64,000 nucleotides of DNA from an uncultured virus (IMG/VR IMGVR_UViG_3300032562_000011) (lineage: Duplodnaviria > Heunggongvirae > Uroviricota > Caudoviricetes), in the IMG/VR virus record IMGVR_UViG_3300032562_000011; one strand, written 5' to 3'. Positions 33,457 to 42,744 of the stretch are shown here, one piece after another. Within the stretch, counting starts at the first letter, position 1. Each line of letters opens with the position of its first letter. The notes under the pieces are model-generated. The model ran no database searches and was not told the origin of the DNA. It saw only the letters and a list, made by a program, of their open reading frames with translations. A program made the position numbers and the translations under genes.

Positions 33457-34624
33457 TTGTGGCTGTGGTTATAACGGAGGACCTGGCTGCACCTGCGTAG
33501 CCCAAACAATTACTATTATTCCTCCTGCGTCTATTCCTATTGTTATTGGAACTGGGCAAGGCGGAACTCGTGGCGTTCAAGGTATCCAAGGTGCACAGGG
33601 CGTACAAGGCACGCAAGGTGTGCAAGGCCCTAACGCGGCAATCTATTTTGGTTTAACCCCACCAGCTAACCCGCTTATCGGTGACCGTTGGATTGACTCT
33701 TCTTCTGGCTCTGAGTACACATGGGTATACGACGGAAATTCTTATGCGTGGGTAGAAGTATCCGCAAGCGGGTACGTAGGTACTCAAGGAACTCAAGGTA
33801 CCCAAGGTACTCAAGGTACTCAAGGATTTGTTGGGGCACAAGGAATTCAGGGTACACAAGGTGCGCAGGGCCTACTTGGGTTGCAAGGATTTGTTGGTAA
33901 TCAAGGAACAACTGGTGCACAGGGTACAACTGGTACTCAAGGTATTAACGGATTACAAGGCGCCATTGGTAGCCAAGGACTTACGGGGGCACAAGGTACC
34001 AACGGAACTCAAGGTACACAGGGTTCAACAGGTTTACAGGGCGCTCAAGGTGTTCAAGGCCTTCAAGGTACTCAAGGGCTTGTTGGTACGCAGGGGACCC
34101 TTGGTATGCAAGGTGCGCAAGGTACTAATGGTGCACAGGGACTACAAGGAATTTCTATACAGGGTATTCAGGGTATTCAAGGAACAACAGGTAGTCAGGG
34201 CACAGCTGGTTCGCAGGGATTACAGGGAACGATTGGTAGCCAAGGAGCTCAAGGCACTAGTGGTCTTCAAGGTACAGCTGGTAGCCAAGGAACTACAGGT
34301 TTACAGGGCAGTCAAGGCGTTCAGGGCGTACAGGGAACTACTGGAACCCAAGGTTTAACTGGGCTACAAGGATTCATCGGAACCCAAGGAGCAACGGGAA
34401 CTCAAGGTTTCACAGGCTCTCAAGGAACTATCGGAACAACTGGCTCGAATGGTTCGCAAGGAACACAAGGTATTCAAGGTATTCAAGGTATTCAAGGTAT
34501 TCAATCAACCCAAGGAACAACTGGACTTCAAGGTCTGCAAGGACCTCAGGGCGTACAAGGACTACTTAACACGGTAATCTATGATTCTGACCAAGGCGTT
34601 ATTTCACAACAGATGTTCAGTTAA
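33449..34624 (+). CDS. collagen-like fibre protein
   Basis: long Gly-X-Gln triplet run; PP.NP..GD.WID motif. Confidence 0.85.
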   Translation: MTSCGCGYNGGPGCTCVAQTITIIPPASIPIVIGTGQGGTRGVQGIQGAQGVQGTQGVQGPNAAIYFGLTPPANPLIGDRWIDSSSGSEYTWVYDGNSYAWVEVSASGYVGTQGTQGTQGTQGTQGFVGAQGIQGTQGAQGLLGLQGFVGNQGTTGAQGTTGTQGINGLQGAIGSQGLTGAQGTNGTQGTQGSTGLQGAQGVQGLQGTQGLVGTQGTLGMQGAQGTNGAQGLQGISIQGIQGIQGTTGSQGTAGSQGLQGTIGSQGAQGTSGLQGTAGSQGTTGLQGSQGVQGVQGTTGTQGLTGLQGFIGTQGATGTQGFTGSQGTIGTTGSNGSQGTQGIQGIQGIQGIQSTQGTTGLQGLQGPQGVQGLLNTVIYDSDQGVISQQMFS

Positions 34625-34633
34625 GGAGAACAC

Positions 34634-34984
34634 ATGGCAACTTATAGCAAAGTAGCGTTATCAGCCGCAACCACAGGCGTTCCAATCGCCGTTGTCGCTA
34701 CCGCCTCAACTGGTACGACTATCCACGCAACAGGCACATCAGCCATTGACGAAGTGTGGCTCTATGCCACCAATACCGATTCAGCGGCTCGCACACTTAC
34801 TATTCAATTTGGTGGAACTGCAACACTCAACCAGATTCAACAGGTAATCCCTGCTAACTCAGGTCTAACTCTTGTAATTCCTGGGCTAATCCTTGCCCCA
34901 TCAGGCTCGGCATTAACTGTTTATGCTTACGCCTCAGTAGCAAGCGTTGTAAACATCTCAGGCTATGTAAACCGAGTCGCATAA
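34634..34984 (+). CDS. fibre-associated small beta protein
   Basis: IDEVWLYA.N...GYVNR. Confidence 0.7.
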   Translation: MATYSKVALSAATTGVPIAVVATASTGTTIHATGTSAIDEVWLYATNTDSAARTLTIQFGGTATLNQIQQVIPANSGLTLVIPGLILAPSGSALTVYAYASVASVVNISGYVNRVA

Positions 34985-35943
34985 TGGCAGAGAGATTTAA
35001 GCGCGGAGAAGTTGGCTCACAGGTCAATTCGTGGATGCCATCTACTAACACAGTTACACCAAGCGGATTCACTTCCTCAATTGCGCCTTATGGACTTCAG
35101 CTTCAACAAACAGTATTGACAAGCGGAACTTTAGGTGGAACTGCAACAGGTTCATCACTTCTAAACCCATCTGCAACTGTTCCAATCCCTGCTGGTATCA
35201 CATTTGTCTATGTAATCGCAGTTGGTGGCGGTGGTGGCGGAGGCGGTTCGGGTTTTGGTGGCGGAGGTGGCGGAGGTGGTATTTCTTGGGGTTGGACTTT
35301 AGCAACTTCATCTTGTGTAGTCGGTGCTGGAGGAAATAACTCGTCAGGTGGTTACACCCGTTATGGAAACATTATTGCTGGCGGTGGCAGCGGTGGTTAC
35401 AACGTTTACGGCGCACTTGGCGGTGGAGGTTTTGGCGGTGGCAGCGGTGGTAACGGGGCTACTAATTATTGGGGAATACCAAGTGGCAATGGCGGGGCTT
35501 CTGGAAGCACACCCGTAAATGGAAACACAGGTTCTGGCGCAGGTGGTGGCGGCGGTAGCACTACCAATGGCAGCGTTGCAGGAAATGGTGGTAATGGCAT
35601 CTCAGGTGGTGGCGGTGGATACAGCAATATTGCTGGGTCAAGCACAAATACTGGGGGCAATGGCGGTAATGGTTTAACGGGCGGCGGCGGAGGTTTTGCA
35701 GGAAGCACATCTGGCACTCGTAATGGCGGTGCTGGCGGCAACGGAATAAACATCCTTACAGGTGCTATTACCACTGGTGGCGCACAAAACACTGGCAACG
35801 GTGGTGGCGGCGGTGGCGTTGCAGGTAACGGTGGAAGTGCATCTTCAACGATTGGTGGGGCTGGTGGGCTTGGCGGCGGAGGCGGCGGTGCTGGCACTAT
35901 TGGTACCGCTGGTGGCAACGGAATCCTCTACCTTTACTACTAG
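34984..35943 (+). CDS. glycine-rich adhesin-like protein 1
   Basis: VGGGGGGG, GGxGG repeats; GNGILYLYY end. Confidence 0.8.
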   Translation: MAERFKRGEVGSQVNSWMPSTNTVTPSGFTSSIAPYGLQLQQTVLTSGTLGGTATGSSLLNPSATVPIPAGITFVYVIAVGGGGGGGGSGFGGGGGGGGISWGWTLATSSCVVGAGGNNSSGGYTRYGNIIAGGGSGGYNVYGALGGGGFGGGSGGNGATNYWGIPSGNGGASGSTPVNGNTGSGAGGGGGSTTNGSVAGNGGNGISGGGGGYSNIAGSSTNTGGNGGNGLTGGGGGFAGSTSGTRNGGAGGNGINILTGAITTGGAQNTGNGGGGGGVAGNGGSASSTIGGAGGLGGGGGGAGTIGTAGGNGILYLYY

Positions 35944-35951
35944 GAGATAAA

Positions 35952-36782
35952 ATGACAACAACTATCTATAACAACTCATCATTTAGCGATTCTCCTTATG
36001 GGCTAAAACTTCAACAAACCTTTACTACAAGCGGTTCCGTAACAATCCCGTCAAACATCTTGCGTGTTTACGCAGTTGTTATTGGTGGAGGCGGAGCTGG
36101 TTCTACTCAAACTACTGGTGGTGGCGGTGGCGGTGGAGCAGGTGGGTATTCTGCTGGTTGGACTTTTATTTCTAACACAGTCACAGTCGGTGCAGGCGGT
36201 ACTGGAACATCAACTGCTGCTGCGGGTGCTAACGGCAATTCTTCACTTTATGGAATGGTTTTTGCAGGTGGTGGTTCAGGTGGATTGAGCTCAACAGTTG
36301 GTGGCGCTGGCGCAGGAGCAACAACTTCTACAGGTTCAACTTCAACAGTTTCTTACACAGGCGCTCCAACGGCTGCTGCTAACACAGTTGGTTATGGTGC
36401 AGGTGGCGGCGTAGGTGCTATTGGTGGTGCTGGTATTTCATCAGGTGGCGGTGCGGGTGTTGCAACGGCAACTGGCACACAAACTGCCTATGCTGGTGGT
36501 CGCGGACTTATCGCTGGTGGTGGCGGTGCTGCTGGAACTTCAGGTGTTGGAACAGGTGGAGCAGGCGGCACTGGCGATTTTTTTGCAGGTGGAACTGGTT
36601 CATCAGGAACAGGTACATCTTTTGGTGGCGGTGGTGGCGGTGCTGGGTATACTGGTGCAGGTTCTAACGCTTCAGGCAACAGCGGTGGTAACGGAGGTTC
36701 TGGTGGGGGTGGCGGCGGAGCTGGTTCTACACTTGGAACTGCTGGCAGTGGCGGCAATGGCGTTGTTTATCTTTACTACTAA
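35952..36782 (+). CDS. glycine-rich adhesin-like protein 2
   Basis: PYGL.LQQT shared with 34984; GNGVVYLYY end. Confidence 0.8.
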   Translation: MTTTIYNNSSFSDSPYGLKLQQTFTTSGSVTIPSNILRVYAVVIGGGGAGSTQTTGGGGGGGAGGYSAGWTFISNTVTVGAGGTGTSTAAAGANGNSSLYGMVFAGGGSGGLSSTVGGAGAGATTSTGSTSTVSYTGAPTAAANTVGYGAGGGVGAIGGAGISSGGGAGVATATGTQTAYAGGRGLIAGGGGAAGTSGVGTGGAGGTGDFFAGGTGSSGTGTSFGGGGGGAGYTGAGSNASGNSGGNGGSGGGGGGAGSTLGTAGSGGNGVVYLYY

Positions 36783-36791
36783 GGAGCAATA

Positions 36792-36944
36792 ATGAATTAC
36801 AGATACGAATATCTTTCAACCTGTTGTAATACTGGCTACATCGAAACACGCAATGTGAATGACCCACAGGTTAATACTGTATGCGTTCAATGTGGGCAGG
36901 GTGGGTACGAGCTAGTCAATCAAACTCTTATTTCAGGAGAATAA
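36792..36944 (+). CDS. 50-aa Cys-containing protein
   Basis: AAGGAG SD; CC..CVQC. Confidence 0.6.
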   Translation: MNYRYEYLSTCCNTGYIETRNVNDPQVNTVCVQCGQGGYELVNQTLISGE

Positions 36945-37064
36945 ATGTCACAGTTAATGTATTACGACACAGTTTCAGGGCAGTGGTTGCCTGTCGTAGT
37001 TGGGGCGCAAGGATTAACACAAGAAGAGATTAATGCTCTTATAGGAGATACAAGTGGCTATTGA
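36945..37064 (+). pseudogene. chimeric remnant: collagen-fibre N-terminus fused to chaperone-like C-terminus
   Basis: MSQLMYYD..SGQWLPVVVGAQG + LTQEEINALIG. Confidence 0.5.
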
Positions 37065-39240
37065 TTTCCCCGCATATCCTTCCCTTAATCAAATATATAC
37101 TTTTGGTTCCCGCACGTGGAAGTGGACAGGTCAAGGTTGGCAGGCTGTCTCTACAACATATGGACCTCAAGGCGTTCAAGGTTTACAGGGTCTTCAAGGT
37201 GGCGGTTTCAATCAAGCTCAAGGTTTACAAGGATTTTCTGGAGCGCAGGGCGCTCAAGGTGTTCAAGGCCTTCAAGGGACGCAAGGTTTACAAGGAGCAC
37301 AAGCCGCTCAAGGAACTCAGGGTTTACAAGGCCTTCAAGGTATTCAGGGTTTAACAGGCTCACAGGGAGCGACAGCTGCTCAGGGATTAAGTGGTACTCA
37401 AGGTACTGCTGGTACTGCGGGCTCTACTGGCGCGCAAGGAACCCAGGGCGTACAAGGAACTTTAGGTTCTCAAGGATATTTAGGTAACACAGGCGCTCAG
37501 GGAGCGCAGGGCACTCAAGGCCTTCAAGGTACGCAGGGTGTAGGCGGAGCCCAAGGCTATCTTGGTAATGCTGGAGCTCAAGGTGCTCAAGGCGCTCAAG
37601 GTACACAAGGATTACAAGGAGCGCAAGGTACTGCTGGTGCGCAAGGTTATCTTGGTAACGCGGGTGCTCAAGGAGCGCAAGGCGCACAAGGAACTCAAGG
37701 TATTCAAGGCTCATTAGGTGTACAAGGAACTATTGGAACTTTAGGCTCTCAAGGAGTTCAGGGGTCTCAAGGGCTTGCAGGTTCACAAGGTACCCAAGGA
37801 ACTCAGGGATTACAAGGAGCTCAAGGTTTCTTAGGTAATACTGGCTCCCAAGGTGCTCAAGGAACGCAGGGTGCTCAAGGTATTCAAGGCACTTTGGGAC
37901 TTCAAGGATTTACAGGAACTCAAGGAACTACTGGTTCAACAGGTTCTAATGGTGCTCAAGGCACTGCTGGAACTAACGGAACTAATGGTTCTCAGGGAAC
38001 TACTGGAGCTACTGGCTCACAAGGTACTAATGGCTCTAACGGCTCTCAAGGCACACAAGGCTTGCAGGGAACGCAAGGTCTTCAAGGTCTTCAAGGCGCA
38101 CAAGGAATTCAAGGCGCACAAGGAATTCAAGGCAGTTTTGGAACTAGCCCAGTAGTTTATCCCGCCGCCACCACTTCAGTTGGATTTACACTTCAAGGAT
38201 TGGCTTCTCAAACCGCTGATTTGCAAGAGTGGAAAAACTCTGTCGGAACTGTTATCGCCTCTGTTGATGCTAACGGAAACCATAACTTCCCTAATATGGG
38301 GTTTGCGGGCAAAAACGCCATCATCAACGGCGGTATGGACATTTGGCAGCGTGGTACTTCAACCACCTCTGGCGGATACCAAACGGCAGACCGATGGAAT
38401 AACTCGGTATCTGGAACCACAACAATTTCTCAAGAAACAACAGATTTGCCTAATGGATTTCAATACGGAATCAAGTTTGTTACTGCGGCATCTTCTTCTT
38501 TTGCTCAGTTCAAAACTTACCTAGAGCGCACTTCTGTAATTCCGCTAAGAAATCAAGTTGTAACCATATCTGGTTATCTAAAGATTACTGGCGGTTTTTC
38601 TGGTAATTGGGTTGGTCAGATTTATTACAGCAATACGACTGATACGGCTACATCTGTAACAACTCAAGTTGGCTCCAATGTAACTATTGGAACATCAGCA
38701 ACATCAGCTTGGACAAGATTTAGTTTTCAATCCACTATCCCATCTGATGCCGTAGGACTTGGCGTTTTGTTTGTCCCCGACACGTTGCAAGCATCTGGTG
38801 TTACAGTTCGTACGACTGGTATTCAACTAGAACTTGGCTCTACTGCTACCACCTTCTCTCGCGCTGGTGGAAGTATCGGGGGAGAGTTGGGGCTGTGTCA
38901 GAGGTATTACTACAGAAGTAGCTCTACAGGAGCCAACCCTGGCGAACAAACTAGACTAGGTGAAGCTATTGCCTACTCAACTACCCAGGGTTTAGGCTTT
39001 ATTAAATTCCCCGTAACAATGAGAATTATTCCTACCGCTTTAGATTTTGCTTCTCTTGTTGTTTATCAAGGAACTACAGGGCAACCATCTTTAACCAGTG
39101 TATCAATTAACACCGATTGGCAAAATCAAAATATGGGAGCAATTAACTTTGTCTCTAGCGGGCTAACAACTACAACCTCTTATTTCTTAGGTGTTACTCC
39201 TTCGGTTAGCGCATATGCTGGATTTAGTGCGGAACTATAA
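37054..39240 (+). CDS. collagen-like tail fibre with C-terminal carbohydrate-binding-like domain
   Basis: Gly-X-Gln run; KNAIINGGMDIWQRG...ADRW...IQLELGSTAT.F...ELGLCQRYY. Confidence 0.85.
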   Translation: MAIDFPAYPSLNQIYTFGSRTWKWTGQGWQAVSTTYGPQGVQGLQGLQGGGFNQAQGLQGFSGAQGAQGVQGLQGTQGLQGAQAAQGTQGLQGLQGIQGLTGSQGATAAQGLSGTQGTAGTAGSTGAQGTQGVQGTLGSQGYLGNTGAQGAQGTQGLQGTQGVGGAQGYLGNAGAQGAQGAQGTQGLQGAQGTAGAQGYLGNAGAQGAQGAQGTQGIQGSLGVQGTIGTLGSQGVQGSQGLAGSQGTQGTQGLQGAQGFLGNTGSQGAQGTQGAQGIQGTLGLQGFTGTQGTTGSTGSNGAQGTAGTNGTNGSQGTTGATGSQGTNGSNGSQGTQGLQGTQGLQGLQGAQGIQGAQGIQGSFGTSPVVYPAATTSVGFTLQGLASQTADLQEWKNSVGTVIASVDANGNHNFPNMGFAGKNAIINGGMDIWQRGTSTTSGGYQTADRWNNSVSGTTTISQETTDLPNGFQYGIKFVTAASSSFAQFKTYLERTSVIPLRNQVVTISGYLKITGGFSGNWVGQIYYSNTTDTATSVTTQVGSNVTIGTSATSAWTRFSFQSTIPSDAVGLGVLFVPDTLQASGVTVRTTGIQLELGSTATTFSRAGGSIGGELGLCQRYYYRSSSTGANPGEQTRLGEAIAYSTTQGLGFIKFPVTMRIIPTALDFASLVVYQGTTGQPSLTSVSINTDWQNQNMGAINFVSSGLTTTTSYFLGVTPSVSAYAGFSAEL

Positions 39241-39241
39241 A

Positions 39242-39412
39242 ATGATTATCACCTACCCGATTATTGTCGATACCAACGGAAACCTAATCAAAATGGTTTT
39301 ATTAGACCATGAAAACGGTTCTTTTACTTCAATGACTAAAACAGATTACGATGCACAACAGGCATCTAGCACACTCCCATCCGAGTCTTCTATCCCACAG
39401 GCAGGTAACTAA
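39242..39412 (+). CDS. small fibre-associated protein
   Basis: DHENGSFTSMTK..YD. Confidence 0.55.
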   Translation: MIITYPIIVDTNGNLIKMVLLDHENGSFTSMTKTDYDAQQASSTLPSESSIPQAGN

Positions 39413-39626
39413 TGAGCAGAGCGCAGAGTCGGTCGCAAGGGTTGAGCAGAATACAGGCAGAGGCTACGGCTCAGGCTAATTTCACGGCGCAGTTGGCGGC
39501 TACTAATGCGAAGTTAGAGGCATTGGGGCTGACGGCCCAGACACATTGACACTCGTAGTAACCAACGTAGGTTCTACGGCTCAATCAGTTCTTGGTCGTA
39601 TCTCTTGGACAGAAGCTCAAGCCTAA
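39412..39626 (+). pseudogene. mosaic of fibre/chaperone gene fragments
   Basis: MSRAQSR...AKLEALGL followed by out-of-frame DGPDTLT...RISWTEAQA*. Confidence 0.5.
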
Positions 39627-39641
39627 GCTAGACTATCTCCT

Positions 39642-40418
39642 ATGGAAAATTCCGTAGGAAATACATTTGAGATGTATGAGCGCGTTCTATCAATAAAGAA
39701 TGCGCTCAAACTCAAAACCCCACTTGATGTAAAGTTTACCCGCCTCGGTAGTGCACATGATGGCGGGTATATCCTTGTTGATGACGTAAATGGCGCAGAC
39801 CACGTAATATCTTTAGGCGTTGAGGGCAACGTTGATTTTGAAAAAGATATTATGGAAAAAGCCTGCCATATCTATATGTACGATAATTCTATTGATGGGC
39901 TTCCAGAGCCAGTAAAGCGCTCCACATTCTTTAAGAGAACGATGGGAAGCATACAAAACGGCCACGCCTCCTTAGGCAGTTGTATTCAAGACGGCTGGGT
40001 TGGTGATGACGAAGACGACGACTTTGCTGGGTTTGCTGGCGGTGACGACTACATTCTAAAGATGGATGTAGAGGGCGCCGAATACGATTTACTTGGGGAA
40101 GCCTCTCGGGACACCCTTACATATTTTAGACAGATTACGGTGGAGTTCCACGACACTGACCGCATTGAAGATGAAGACTTCTATAAGAAAATGCTTCATG
40201 CGTTAACCCATCTACGCGAAACGCATACCCCCGTATTTGTTCACGCCAATAACAATATACCGTTAACTATAAAAGGAAACTCGCCCTTTCCTCAAGTGTT
40301 TGAGGCAACTTTTCTACGCAATGATAGCTATAAGTTTGCGGAAGAGACTGATTTGTTTGAAGGTTTAGTTACAAGAAACGATTTGCCTAAGCCAGAGATT
40401 GGGCTTACTTTTCCTTAA
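39642..40418 (+). CDS. FkbM-family methyltransferase
   Basis: RLGSAHDGGY; SLGV; LKMDVEGAEY; QITVEFH; H.NN. Confidence 0.85.
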   Translation: MENSVGNTFEMYERVLSIKNALKLKTPLDVKFTRLGSAHDGGYILVDDVNGADHVISLGVEGNVDFEKDIMEKACHIYMYDNSIDGLPEPVKRSTFFKRTMGSIQNGHASLGSCIQDGWVGDDEDDDFAGFAGGDDYILKMDVEGAEYDLLGEASRDTLTYFRQITVEFHDTDRIEDEDFYKKMLHALTHLRETHTPVFVHANNNIPLTIKGNSPFPQVFEATFLRNDSYKFAEETDLFEGLVTRNDLPKPEIGLTFP

Positions 40419-40999
40419 TCTGTAAATTCCCAAACCATACCTAGTGAACGCATGTTGGCCTCTACTGCTTGTTTATAGATAGGGGCCAATTCTTGTTTGC
40501 GCAGTTCAGTGAATAGTCGTGCGCTTTCATCTTTTTGCCCAAACCACCAAGAGCTTACCGCCATCTCAAATTCAAGACAGTAAGACCCAAAGTACCCAAC
40601 ATCTGCTGGCAGGGGCTGTAGCCCATAATGATTTGCGGCGGCTAGTCCTATCTTTGCCCAGGTATAACACTCCTGCCAAGACTTCTTATATTCAAGAGAT
40701 TGGGACAGCAGGAAGTACCCTTCTGGTCTATTTGGCATATAAGCAACCGCTTGAAACAGACAAGTACCCACCGTGTGGTCTCTATTACCCAGCTCCCCAA
40801 AGCATCGGGCTAACTTCAAAAGCGATGTGTACACTGTGAGGGACCCGTCAACATCTGCCCCGTACTCAGCGGCGCGCATATAAAAAGATACAGCGGAGGC
40901 GTATTGCTCTAGCTCTTCATACTCACGGGCTACTGCAAAGTTTATATCTGGATTAAATGGGTCTTCAGATAACTTTACTATCAGCTCTTCAATTTGCAT
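40415..40999 (-). CDS. TPR-repeat protein
   Basis: AREYE..QYASA..FY; P.RPEGYF.LS. Confidence 0.8.
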   Translation of the reverse strand: MQIEELIVKLSEDPFNPDINFAVAREYEELEQYASAVSFYMRAAEYGADVDGSLTVYTSLLKLARCFGELGNRDHTVGTCLFQAVAYMPNRPEGYFLLSQSLEYKKSWQECYTWAKIGLAAANHYGLQPLPADVGYFGSYCLEFEMAVSSWWFGQKDESARLFTELRKQELAPIYKQAVEANMRSLGMVWEFTD

Positions 41000-41987
41000 T
41001 TAAAGCCTCCTGGACAAGCTCATCTACTACAGAGTGAGGGACTTTAAGAATAAAAGCCGCGTTATCTTGGAATCCAAAGCTAACTAGTAGGTCTTCCCCA
41101 TAGACGGCCGCCCCAACGCAGAACTCTACATAGGCATCTAGAAAAGTAAATTGATTGGTCAGCCCTAAGAAGTTAAAGTCTTTATCCCAAACACAAAGCC
41201 TATGCCTATACACGGCTCCCTTTTGCTCTAAGTAATTTTTAAATAGGTCTACGTCATGCGTGATAGATACTAAGTAATCTCCCCAAGCAAATACATGTGA
41301 AGACCCTCTTTGGTCTAAAGGAGCAGGCGGTGTTTGCTTTAACGCAACCTGCACAGTAGGGGCTTCAACATCTGGGAGTACGTGCACCAATTCTGTAGGC
41401 ATAGTCCACTTTACAAAGGTAAATGGCTGGTCTATAACGGGAACCCAATTCTTTTCACAATAAGAGGAGTCATCATTGGGCGCCGCAATACGCTTACGCG
41501 CCACCTCTCTAGCTTCCCATTTTCCCTTATTCAAAGAGATGGTGCTGTATTCCATGCGCCCTTGACCGTTTGTTGTAGTATCGCGGCGAACGCCAATCAA
41601 ATAGTAAACGCCTTTCCATTGGACTAGGCGGGCGTCCTCTAGGCCAAGAAACTCCCAGATGGGCTCGTGCAAGTTGAGCACGTCCACCAAGCAATAATCA
41701 GTCATTTCTAACTCTGAATTGAGGCGGCAAAGATAGTTCTCGGTTTCTAAGCGCAGGTTATTCTCAGGATGCAAGTAAGCCAAAGGCCCCCACATAGAAG
41801 GGAAACGTTGCTTGTGTTCTGCGTGGTAGAGGGCATAGTTTACGTGCCTAAGATTAACAAGTATCTCCCCGTCTTCGTCTACAAAAACAGAGGGGTTCAT
41901 CAGACCCGTACCCGCGGTAAAACGTTTAGGTATCACTATCGGAGCAAGTTTTCCGCCAGCTTGGACGGCGCGCTGAACTAGATTCAC
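40989..41987 (-). CDS. five-bladed beta-propeller glycosidase/phosphorylase-like protein (GH130/GH43-like)
   Basis: MNPSVF; LEDARL; EKNWVP; RGSS; VEFCVG. Confidence 0.75.
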   Translation of the reverse strand: MNLVQRAVQAGGKLAPIVIPKRFTAGTGLMNPSVFVDEDGEILVNLRHVNYALYHAEHKQRFPSMWGPLAYLHPENNLRLETENYLCRLNSELEMTDYCLVDVLNLHEPIWEFLGLEDARLVQWKGVYYLIGVRRDTTTNGQGRMEYSTISLNKGKWEAREVARKRIAAPNDDSSYCEKNWVPVIDQPFTFVKWTMPTELVHVLPDVEAPTVQVALKQTPPAPLDQRGSSHVFAWGDYLVSITHDVDLFKNYLEQKGAVYRHRLCVWDKDFNFLGLTNQFTFLDAYVEFCVGAAVYGEDLLVSFGFQDNAAFILKVPHSVVDELVQEALNAN

Positions 41988-42187
41988 TCTAAATCATCTG
42001 CGGCTAGGCCGTGAAAATCACAATGTGATTCGTACAAGGTATCGGCAAGCCATTCGTCCTCAGTAGGCTCAGAGACATAGGATGAGCATAGTTCACAATA
42101 TACAGCCCAGCGGATAGGGTCTAAATCCACAGCAACTACATCAACCGACATTGGGACCTCTTTATCCTGATTTATGTGCGTAAGCAC
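41984..42187 (-). CDS. hypothetical protein
   Basis: CELC..H...H; start probably ATG near 42151. Confidence 0.55.
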   Translation of the reverse strand: MLTHINQDKEVPMSVDVVAVDLDPIRWAVYCELCSSYVSEPTEDEWLADTLYESHCDFHGLAADDLE

Positions 42188-42195
42188 GAGAGAAT
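42167..42195 (+). promoter_or_regulatory. putative late leaderless promoter
   Basis: CTGAT-N18-GAGAAT-N6-ATG. Confidence 0.5.
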
Positions 42196-42201
42196 ATTAC
42201 C

Positions 42202-42744
42202 ATGAGCGAAGATATGTCTTGGGTCAAGAACGCCCCGTCAGCCCCGTCTAAAGAAGACACTAGGCTTTTAGCCAGTCGTCCACAGGAGGCGCAAGACTTT
42301 ATTGATAGCACCAAGAACTATGGCGGCGCGTCTATGAACCTTCAGTCTATGAAGATGGCACAACCTGGGGACAAAATGTATATCGTTGGTAAAGAGCCCT
42401 CTAAACATACAGGTCGCCCAGTAGACACTGCCTATGAAAATCCAGGTCAATCCACGTTAACTCCTCGCCAGTTTGCATCTCATTTTAATCGTTTAAAGGG
42501 AGAGACGAGTAACCCTAGCGCCATGATGGGCAGCTGGTACGATAAGAAAAATAAGGCATCTAAAGCCAAAGGAACTCAAATTGATTTATCAGTAGGCTAT
42601 AAATATAAGAAGCCAGCTGAAAAGAAAATGATTGAACGCAATGAAGACGCAGCGTTCAGCATGGGCAACATGCGCGAAATCCGTAACGAAGCCGCTCGTA
42701 AACGCCACGGCATTACAGAGCCCCGTCCCCCAAAAAATAATTAA
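42202..42744 (+). CDS. hypothetical protein
   Basis: MGSWYD...IDLS...NEDA.F; 180 aa. Confidence 0.7.
   Translation: MSEDMSWVKNAPSAPSKEDTRLLASRPQEAQDFIDSTKNYGGASMNLQSMKMAQPGDKMYIVGKEPSKHTGRPVDTAYENPGQSTLTPRQFASHFNRLKGETSNPSAMMGSWYDKKNKASKAKGTQIDLSVGYKYKKPAEKKMIERNEDAAFSMGNMREIRNEAARKRHGITEPRPPKNN

Noticed and set aside
35466..36757. Pro-rich minus-strand ORFs
   Set aside because: Antisense shadows of Gly codon runs.
33675..38155. alternative-frame ORFs in the collagen genes
   Set aside because: By-products of 9-nt CAAGGN periodicity.
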